Shown here in pieces: positions 1 through 9,791 of a stretch of 15,250 nt of DNA. This DNA comes from Tubiluchus corallicola (lineage: Eukaryota; Animalia; Priapulida): positions 1 to 15,250 of the forward strand of contig JAQGDQ010002091.1 of NCBI GenBank assembly GCA_030141605.1, given 5' to 3'. The first letter of the stretch is position 1; each line of letters opens with the position of its first letter. The notes beneath the pieces are model-generated. The model had not been told where the DNA came from. It did no database searches and saw only the letters and a list, made by a program, of their open reading frames with translations. Both the position numbers and the translations under genes were made by a program.

Positions 1-3000
1 TGGTGTGTTAACTGTGTTTGCAAATCGCGCAGGCACCTGTGGTGTGTTAACTACGGCAATCGCGCAGTAAGTACCTGTGGTGTGTTAACTGTGTTCGCAA
101 ATCGCGCAGTACCTGTGGTGTGTTAACCAGGTTCGCAACGCGCAGTAAGTGCCTGTGGTGTGTTAACTGTGTTTGCAAATCGCGCAGTAAGTACCTGTGG
201 TGTGTTAACGGCATTTGCAAATCGCGCAGTAAGTACCTGTGGTGTGTTAACTGTGTTTGCAAATCGAGCAGAAAGTACCTGTGGTGTGTTAACTGTGTGC
301 GTAAATCTTGCAGTAAGTACCTGTGGTGTGTTAACGGTGTTCGCAAATCGCGCAGTAAGTACCTGTGGCGTGTTAACGGTGTTCGCAAATCGCGCAGTAA
401 GTACCGTGGCGTGTTAACTGTGTTTGCAAATCGTGCAGTAAGTACCTGTGGTGTGTTAACTGTGTTCGCACATCGTGCAGTAAGTACCTGTGGTGTGTTA
501 ACTGTGTTCGCAAATCGCGCAGTAAGTACCTGTGGTGTGTTAACTGTGTTTGCAAATCGCGCAGTAAGTACCTGTGGTGTGTTAACGGCGTTTGCAAATC
601 GCGTAGTAAGCACCTGTGGTGTGTTAACTGTGTTCGCAAATCGCTCAGTAAATACCTGTGGTGTGTTAACTGTGTTTGCAAATCGTGCAGTAGGTACCTG
701 TGGTGTGTTAACTGTGTTCGCAAATCGCTCAGTAAATACCTGTGGTGTGTTAACTGCGTTTGCAAATCGCGCAGTAAGTACCTGTGGTGTGTTAACGGCG
801 TTTGCACATCGTGCAGTAAGTACCTGTGGTGTGTTAACGGCGTTTGCACATCGTGCAGTAACTACCTGTGGTGTGTTAACTGTGTTCGCAAATCGTGCAG
901 TAAGTACCTGTGGTGTGTTAACTGTGTTCGCAAATCGCGCAGTAAATACCTGTGGTGTGTTAACGGCGTTTGCACATCGTGCAGTAAGTACCTGTGGTGT
1001 GTTAACTGCATTTGCAAATCGCGCAGTAAGTACCTGTGGTGTGTTAACGGCGTTTGATAATCGCGCAGTAAGTACATGTGGTGTGTTAACTGCGTTTGCA
1101 AATCGTGCAGTAAGTACCTGTGGTGTGTTAACGGCGTTTGCAAATCGCGCAGTAAGTACCTGTGGTGTGTTAACTGTGTTTGCAAATCGCGCAGTAAGTA
1201 CCTGTGGTGTGTTAACTGCGTTTGCAAATCGCGCAGTAAGTACCTGTGGTGTGTTAACTGTGTTTGCAAATCGCGCAGTAAGTACCTGTGGTGTGTTAAC
1301 TGCGTTTGCAAATCGTGCAGTAAGTACCTGTGGTGTGTTAACTGCGTTTGCAAATCGCGCAGTAAGTACCTGTGGTGTGTTAACGGCGTTTGCAAATCGC
1401 GCAGTAAGTACCTGTGGTGTGTTAACTGTGTTTGCAAATCGCGCAGTAAGTACCTGTGGTGTGTTAACGGCATTTGCAAATCGCGCAGTAAGTACCTGTG
1501 GTGTGTTAACTGTGTTTGCAAATCGCGCAGTAAGTACCTGAGGTGTGTTAACTGCATTTGCAAATCGCGCAGTAAGTACCTGTGGTGTGTTAACGGCGTT
1601 TATAAATCGTGCAGTAAGTACCTGTGGTGTGTTAACTGTGTTTGCAAATCGCGCAGTAAGTACCTGTGGTGTGTTAACTGCGTTTGCAAATCGTGCAGTA
1701 AGTACCTGTGGTGTGTTAACTGCGTTTGCAAATCGTGCAGTAAGTACCTGTGGTGTGTTAACTGTGTTCGCACATCGTGCAGTAAGTACCTGTGGTGTGT
1801 TAACTGTGTTTGCAAATCGCGCAGTAAGTACCTGTGGTGTGTTAACTGTGTTTGCAAATCGCGCAGTAAGTACCTGTGGTGTGTTAACTGCATTTGCAAA
1901 TCGCGCAGTAAGTACCTGTGGTGTGTTAACGGTGTTTGCACATCACGCAGTAAGTACCTGTGGTGTGTTAACTGTGTTCGCAAATCGCGCAGTAAGTACC
2001 TGTGGTGTGTTAACTGTGTTTGCACATCACGCAGTAAGTACCTGTGGTGTGTTAACTGCGTTTGCAAATCGCGCAGTAAGTACCTGTGGTGTGTTAACTG
2101 TGTTTGCAAATCGCGCAGTAAGTACCTGTGGTGTGTTAACTGCATTTGCAAATCGCGCAGTAAGTACCTGTGGTGTGTTAACGGTGTTTGCACATCACGC
2201 AGTAAGTACCTGTGGTGTGTTAACTGTGTTTGCAAATCGTGCAGTAAGTACCTGTGGTGTGTTAACTGCGTTTGCAAATCGCGCAGTAAGTACCTGTGGT
2301 GTGTTAACTGCGTTTGCAAATCGCGCAGTAAGTACCTGTGGTGTGTTAACTGCGTTTGCAAATCGCGCAGTAAGTGCCTGTGGTGTGTTAACTGCATTTA
2401 CAAATCGCGCAGTAAGTACCTGTGGTGTGTTAACGGCGTTTGCAAATCGCGCAGTAAGTACCTGTGGTGTGTTAATTGTATTCGCAAATCGCTCAGTAAG
2501 TACCTGTGGTGTGTTAACGGTGTTTGCACATCACGCAGTAAGTACCTGTGGTGTGTTAACTGCGTTTATAAATCGCGCAGTAAGTACCTGTGGTGTGTTA
2601 ACGGTGTTTGCAAATCGCGCAGTAAGTACCTGTGGTGTGTTAACTGCGTTTGCAAATCGCGCAGTAAGTACCTGTGGTGTGTTAACTGTGTTTGCAAATC
2701 GTGCAGTAAGTACCTGTGGTGTGTTAACTGCGTTTGCAAATCGCGCAGTAAGTACCTGTGGTGTGTTAACGGCGTTTGCAAATCGCGCAGTAAGTACCTG
2801 TGGTGTGTTAACTGTGTTTGCAAATCGCGCAGTAAGTACCTGTGGTGTGTTAACTGTGTTTGCAAATCGCGCAGTAACTACCTGTGGTGTGTTAACTGTG
2901 TTTGCAAATCGCGCAGTAAGTACTTGTGGTGCGTTAACTGTGTTTGCAAATCGCGCAGTAAGTACCTGTGGTGTGTTAACGGTGTTTGCAAATCGTGCAG

Positions 3001-6000
3001 TAAGTACCTGTGGTGTGTTAACGGTGTTTGCAAATCACGCAGTAAGTACCTGTGGTGTGTTAACTGCGTTTGCAAATCGCGCAGTAAGTACCTGTGGTGT
3101 GTTAACGGCGTTTGCAAATCGTGCAGTAAGTACCTGTGGTGTGTTAACGGCGTTTGCAAATCGTGCAGTAAGTACCTGTGGTGTGTTAACGGTGTTTGCA
3201 CATCACGCAGTAAGTACCTGTGGTGTGTTAACTGCGTTTGCAAATCGTGCAGTAAGTACCTGTGGTGTGTTAACGGCGTTTGCACATCGCGCAGTAAGTA
3301 CCTGTGGTGTGTTAACTGCGTTTATAAACCGCGCAGTAAGTACTTGTGGTGTGTTAACGGCGTTTGCACATCGCGCAGTTAGTACCTGTGGTGTGTTAAC
3401 TGTGTTCGCAAATCGCTCAGTAAGTACCTGTGGTGTGTTAACTGTGTTTGCAAATCGCGCAGTAAGTACTTGTGGTGTGTTAACTGTGTTCGCAAATCGC
3501 GCAGTAAGCACCTGTGGTGTGTTAACGGCATTTATAAATCGCGCAGTAAGTACCTGTGGTGTGTTAACTGTGTTTGCAAATCGCGCAGTAAGTACCTGTG
3601 GTGTGTTAACTGTGTTTACAAATCGCGCAGTAAGTACCTGTGGTGTGTTAACGGCGTTTGCAAATCGCTCAGTAAGTACCTGTGGTGTGTTAACGGCGTT
3701 TACAAATCGCGCAGTAAGTACCTGTGGTGTGTTAACGGCGTTTGCAAATCGCTCAGTAAGTACCTGTGGTGTGTTAACGGCGTTTATAAATCGTGCAGTA
3801 AGTACCTGTGGTGTGTTAACTGTGTTTGCAAATCGCGCAGTAAGTACCTGTGGTGTGTTAACTGCGTTTGCAAATCGCGCAGTAAGTACCTGTGGTGTGA
3901 TAAATGTGTTTGCAAATCGCTCAGTAAGTACCTGTGGTGTGTTAACTGCGTTTGCAAATCGTGCAGTAAGTACCTGTGGTGTGTTAACTGCATTTGCAAA
4001 TCGCGCAGTAAGTACCTGTGGTGTGTTAACTGCGTTTGCACATCGCGCAGTAAGTACCTGTGGTGTGTTAACTGCGTTTGCACATCGCGCAGTAAGTACC
4101 TGTGGTGTGTTAACTGTGTTTGCAAATCGCGCAGTAAGTACCTGTGGTGTGTTAACTGCATTTGCAAATCGCGCAGTAAGTACCTGTGGTGTGTTAACGG
4201 TGTTTGCACATCACGCAGTAAGTACCTGTGGTGTGTTAACTGTGTTTGCAAATCGTGCAGTAAGTACCTGTTTTGTGTTAACTGCGTTTGCAAATCGCGC
4301 AGTAAGTACCTGTGGTGTGTTAACTGTGTTTGCAAATCGTGCAGTAAGTACCTGTGGTGTGTTAACTGCGTTTGCAAATCGCGCAGTAAGTGCCTGTGGT
4401 GTGTTAACTGCATTTACAAATCGCGCAGTAAGTACCTGTGGTGTGTTAACGGCGTTTGCAAATCGCGCAGTAAGTACCTGTGGTGTGTTAATTGTATTCG
4501 CAAATCGCTCAGTAAGTACCTGTGGTGTGTTAACGGTGTTTGCACATCACGCAGTAAGTACCTGTGGTGTGTTAACTGCGTTTATAAATCGCGCAGTAAG
4601 TACCTGTGGTGTGTTAACGGTGTTTGCAAATCGCGCAGTAAGTACCTGTGGTGTGTTAACTGCGTTTGCAAATCGCGCAGTAAGTACCTGTGGTGTGTTA
4701 ACTGTGTTTGCAAATCGTGCAGTAAGTACCTGTGGTGTGTTAACTGCGTTTATAAACCGCGCAGTAAGTACCTGTGGTGTGTTAACGGCGTTTGCACATC
4801 GCGCAGTAAGTACCTGTGGTGTGTTAACTGTTTGCAAATCGCGCAGTAAGTACCTGTGGTGTGTTAACTGCGTTTGCAAATCGTGCAGTAACTACCTGTG
4901 GTGTGTTAACTGTGTTTGCAAATCGTGCAGTAAGTACCTGTGGTGTGTTAACTGTGTTTGCAAATCGCGCAGTAAGTACCTGTGGTGTGTTAACTGTGTT
5001 TGCAAATCGCGCAGTAAGTACCTGTGGTGTGTTAACTGTGTTTGCAAATCGTGCAGTAAGTACCTGTGGTGTGTTAACGGTGTTTGCAAATCGCGCAGTA
5101 AGTACCTGTGGTGTGTTAACTGTGTTTGCAAATCGTGCAGTAAGTACCTGTGGTGTGTTAACTGTGTTCGCAAATCGAGCAGTAAGTACCTGTGGTGTGT
5201 TTGCAAATCGCGCAGTAAGTACCTGTGGTGTGTTAACTGTGTTTGCAAATCGCGCAGTAAGTACCTGTGGTGTGTTAACTGTGTTTGCAAATCGCGCAGT
5301 AAGTACCTGTGGTGTGTTAACTGCGTTTGCAAATCGCGCAGTAAGTACCTGTGGTGTGTTAACTGCGTTTGCAAATCGCGCAGTAAGTACCTGTGGTGTG
5401 TTAACTGTGTTCGCAAATCGCTCAGTAAGTACCTGTGGTGTGTTAACTGTGTTTGCAAATCGCGCAGTAAGTACCTGTGGTGTGTTAACTGTGTTTGCAA
5501 ATCGCGCAGTAAGTACCTGTGGTGTGTTAACTGTGTTTGCAAATCGCGCAGTAAGTACCTGTGGTGTGTTAACTGTGTTTGCAAATCGCACAGTAAGTAC
5601 CTGTGGTGTGTTAACTGCGTTTACAAATCGCGCAGTAAGTACCTGTGGTGTGTTAACGGCGTTTGCAAATCGCGCAGTAAGTACCTGTGGTGTGTTAACG
5701 GCGTTTATAAATCGCGCAGTAAGTACCTGTGGTGTGTTAACGGCGTTTGCAAATCGCGCAGTAAGTACCTGTGGTGTGTTAACGGCGTTTATAAATCGTG
5801 CAGTAAGTACCTGTGGTGTGTTAACTGCGTTTGCAAATCGCGCAGTAAGTACCTGTGGTGTGTTAACGGCGTTTATAAATCGCGCAGTAAGTACCTGTGG
5901 TGTGTTAACTGTGTTTGCACATCGTGCATTAAGTACCTGTGGTGTGTTAACTGCGTCTGCAAATCGTGCAGTAAGTACCTGTGGTGTGTTAACGGCGTTT

Positions 6001-7640
6001 GCAAATCGCACAGTAAGTACCTGTGGTGTGTTAACTGTGTCTGCAAATCGCTCAGTAAGTACCTGTGGTGTGTTAACTGTGTTTGTAAATCGTGCAGTAA
6101 GCACCTGTGGTGTGTTAACTGTGTTTGTAAATCGTGCAGTAAGCACCTGTGGTGTGTTAACTGTGTTTGTAAATCGTGCAGTAAGTACCTGTGGTGTGTT
6201 AACTGTGTCTGCAAATCGCTCAGTAAGTACCTGTGGTGTGTTAACTGTGTTTGTAAATCGAGCAGTAAGTACTTGTGGTGTGTTAACTGTGTTTGCAAAT
6301 CGCTCAGTAAGTACCTGTGGTGTGTTAACTGCGTTTGCAAATCGCGCAGTAAGTACTTGTGGTGTGTTAACGGCGTTTGCACATCGTGCAGTAAGTACCT
6401 GTGGTGTGTTAACGGCGTTTGCAAATCGCACAGTAAGTACCTGTGGTGTGTTAACTGTGTTCGCAAATCGCTCAGCAAATACCTGTGGTGTGTTAACTGT
6501 GTTCGCAAATCGCTCAGTAAATACCTGTGGTGTGTTAACTGCGTTTGCAAATCGCGCAGTAAGTACCTGTGGTGTGTTAACTGTGTTTGCAATTCGTGCA
6601 GTAAGTACCTGTGGTGTGTTAACGGCGTTTGCAAATCGCGCAGTAAGTACCTGTGGTGTGTTAACTGTGTTCGCAAATCGCACAGTAAGTACCTGTGGTG
6701 TATTAACTGCGTTTGCAAATCGCACAGTAAGTACCTGTGGTGTGTTAACTGCGTTTGCAAATCGTGCAGTAAGTACCTGTGGTGTGTTAACGGCGTTTGC
6801 AAATCGCGCAGTAAGTACCTGTGGTGTGTTAACTGTGTTCGCAAATCGCGCAGTAAGTACCTGTGGTGTGTTAACGGCGTTTGCAAATCGCACAGTAAGT
6901 ACCTGTGATGTGTTAACTGTGCTCGCAAATCGTGCAGTAAGTACCTGTGGTGTGTTAACGGCGTTTGCAAATCGCGCAGTAAGTACCTGTGGTGTGTTAA
7001 CTGTGTTTGCAAATCGCGCAGTAAGTACCTGTGGTGTGTTAACTGTGTTTGCAAATCGCGCAGTAAGTACCTGTGGTGTGTTAACTGTGTTTGCAAATCG
7101 CACAGTAAGTACCTGTGGTGTGTTAACTCTGTTCGCAAATCGCTCAGTAAGTACCTGTGGTGTGTTAACTGTGTTCGCAAATCGCTCAGTAAGTACCTGT
7201 GGTGTGTTAACTGTGTTTGCAAATCGCTCAGTAAGTACCTGTGGTGTGTTAACTGTGTTTGCAAATCGCTCAGTAAGTACCTGTGGTGTGTTAACTGCGT
7301 TTGCAAATCGCGCAGTAAGTACCTGTGGTGTGTTAACTGTGTTTGCAAATCGCTCAGTAAGTACCTGTGGTGTGTTAACTGCGTTTGCAAATCGTGCAGT
7401 AAGTACCTGTGGTGTGTTAACTGCGTTTGCAAATCGCGCAGTAAGTACCTGTGGTGTGTTAACTGCGTTTGCAAATCGCGCAGTAAGTACCTGTGGTGTG
7501 TTAACTGTGTTTGCAAATCGTGCAGTAAGTACCTGTGGTGTGTTAACTGTGTTTGCAAATCGCGCAGTAAGTACCTGTGGTGTGTTAACTGTGTTCGCAC
7601 ATCGCTCAGTAACTACCTGTGGTGTGTTAACTGTGTTCGC
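1..7640. repeat. 42-bp tandem satellite/minisatellite array, ~180 copies, truncated by the left window edge
   Basis: Consensus CCTGTGGTGTGTTAAC(T/G)G(T/C)GTT(T/C)GCAAATCG(C/T)GCAGTAAGTA repeats head-to-tail with period 42. Indels are rare: 1 bp near 405, 2 bp near 4830, 9 bp near 5200, plus degenerate units at 1-150. The array ends abruptly at ...CTGTGTTCGC|GAAAG. Confidence 0.99.
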
Positions 7641-7995
7641 GAAAGTGAAAATGCCGCATGGCGTTTTAAAAACTGCAATTTACTTTTTTTACTAATTTTG
7701 TAGTTTTAATTTCTATTTATTTACTAAAGTACACTGCCTTATATCAACTTATAATTTTATATCAGATGTAAAAAATGTTTTTATGAATTAATAACGATAG
7801 GCTCATTCAATTACAGCGTTTTAAAAAGCAAATATTTGATTTGTTACTCGTTACCTAACCTAACCTGCTAATTGGCGTTTTTAAATACCTCTAATCTCAT
7901 TTGTCTGTATTATTATCATTAATTGTTTTTATAACTGAATATTGTTTTTAACTTTGAGCTATTTTGTATGTATTTTTCAGTCTGCACCATGCATG

Positions 7996-8017
7996 TGCTG
8001 GCGCCATCTCGTGGTGA
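7996..8017 (-). promoter_or_regulatory. Candidate CTCF-binding/insulator motif
   Basis: The - strand reads TCACCACGAGATGGCGCCAGCA. Its core CCACGAGATGGCGC matches the CTCF consensus CCASYAGRKGGCRS at 13/14 positions. Binding is inferred only. Confidence 0.45.
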
Positions 8018-8217
8018 GTCTCGAAAGCTCACGCTCCTACTCTCCTCGGGACTGATTTGTACAATTTGCAAACGGTTTCTGTTTTTATTCTCGTTGTAAA
8101 GCTTTGTGATGCAAATCAGACAAATAAAAAAGTATTAAATTGAATTAAATTGAATTACCACCATGTTCTCTAGTAACCTTATTAATATTATTATGTATAT
8201 AGTTGTAAAGTTTTGTG

Positions 8218-8412
<195 letters not shown>

Positions 8413-9179
8413 CTAGGATGGCACAACGAGTGGGCATAATTTTCAAGGAAAGAAAAAATTGAAGTACAGTGCTACTGTATATCATTCAGTGTGAAAATGA
8501 CATATGAAAACTTGACTAACTTTAAGTTTCTAATTCAAGATTCAAGTTTACAGCTGAACTCACACCTGAGCTAACGTGTGCACCACGTCACACCTGAACA
8601 CATTTGAACTAAGTGGTACAGCACCGCTTTTTGTGCAAGAGGTTTAACCGCGAAGAACTTGTGGTGCGAATGCAATTTCAACTCTGTGCTAATAATTCTT
8701 TCACTGAGTAATTCTTGAAAAAATAGTATTTTCCTTTCAACTTTCATAGTTTACATTGTTTTGAGGTGTAGGATCCTCAGCCAGTTTAACCCCGTTTCAC
8801 GAATAAAATAAAATGATTTTAATAATAATATATCTCTTTAATTTGTTGTTTTTCATTTCTTCCTTTAAATTTTAAAAGAGTTCTGATTAGCATTGAAAGA
8901 TACTTGAACTTATTCTAATTTCAAATAAAGTTGGGACAAGATGCTGAGTTACACATGATATTGGACAAAGTGAAGATTTTTTTTAGTCGGTGTCATAATT
9001 TTATAAACCAAGGGTGCAAAGGTCACAGTTAGTTGTTTGTACAAGGCGAGGCAGCGTTGATGTGACTGTATAAAATTATGACTGTATGTTTACTTTACTC
9101 CATCTCGTGTCTGTAGTTACACCAACCATTTATACAAGTTCAGCAGAGAGGTCAGAAAATTGCATTAGCAATTCTACAG

Positions 9180-9432
9180 TCTGCAGTTTTGCTGAGTCTG
9201 CGTTGATAAACCATGATACATACTGTGCCTTCTCTTGGGGCGTACGCATTTTGGGGTTTCAGTTAACAAGACCCTTCTACCAACAGCAGACCTACATAAA
9301 ACGTGAAATTTCAATGTGATCTCAAACTTAAATGAACACTGAATAAAACAAAACAAATCTGTTAAGATATCTTGTCAACTGCCTTTGTAATAAATTTTTA
9401 AAATTGTAAATAGACTTTATAGACACCCTGTA
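9180..9432 (-). mobile_element. Truncated Tc1/mariner-superfamily transposon remnant (5' terminal repeat end plus start of a DUF4817/HTH-type transposase)
   Basis: The - strand from 9432 reads TA-CAGGGTGTCTATAAAGTC..., a TA dinucleotide followed by a typical Tc1/mariner terminal repeat start. An ATG at 9249 gives MRTPQEKAQYVSWFI (9249-9205), then after a frameshift TQTQQNCR (9203-9180). This resembles the recalled N-terminus of arthropod mariner-like DUF4817 transposases (MATPQEKAQCVSWFIETKSDTQTQRNYR-like). No partner terminal repeat or DDD/E domain is visible. Confidence 0.72.
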
Positions 9433-9745
9433 CTATACGTTGTGCAAAAACAATTGGAAGAGTCTATTGCGACGTGGGGGTGCATCTGTCTTTCAGCAGC
9501 AGTTGCGTTGCGTTTCGTGGCGATTTAACTTCAAAATTAAGCAACTTAAAAATCAGATTATGTGTGCGGGCACTGCTGTTGCATTAGACACTTTTTCTTG
9601 CAACTGCTAAACACACTTGAAGCTATTTTTTCCTCCAAACGTTGCTACCTTTACCGCTGCAAGAAAATGCAGTGAACTGCTGTGGCACGCTAACTTTGTT
9701 CACGAGTTGCCGAGTCACAGTCGTGTTGAATGCACAGCTCAGATA

Positions 9746-9760
9746 ATTCAGTTCTCAGTA
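9746..9760 (+). promoter_or_regulatory. Possible arthropod-type initiator (Inr) for the BTB gene
   Basis: TCAGTT (9748-9753, fits TCAKTY) and TCAGTA (9755-9760) lie ~35-45 nt upstream of the ATG. These short motifs could occur by chance. Confidence 0.2.
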
Positions 9761-9791
9761 AAGTAATTCCACAAATTTCGTTGGACAAAGG

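Noticed and set aside
1-7640. CRISPR-like appearance (constant 22-mer alternating with a variable 20-mer)
   Set aside because: The variable parts are point variants of one sequence rather than unique spacers. There are no cas genes and the context is eukaryotic.
47-7695. Very long ORFs on both strands (up to 1787 aa), including Cys-rich YLWCVNCVCKSRSK repeats resembling metal-binding proteins
   Set aside because: A 42-bp unit is a multiple of 3 and lacks stops in four frames, so long ORFs are automatic. Indels switch frames freely and there are no unique termini. Apparent synonymous bias in the VLTVFANRAVSTCG frame is largely explained by CpG transitions.
8755-8810. TGAGG/CCTCA hairpin with CTGAGGA and GAAAC on the - strand, suggesting a hammerhead ribozyme
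   Set aside because: The order and spacing of the core elements and the three required stems could not be assembled.
9086-9356. Short ORFs 9086-9319 (+) and 9174-9356 (-)
   Set aside because: No recognisable protein. They overlap the decayed transposon remnant, whose coding signal is split over two - strand frames.
8961-9790. Direct repeat TTGGACAAAG at 8961 and 9781 as a possible target-site duplication
   Set aside because: A single 10-mer match with no element termini adjacent to it, compatible with chance.
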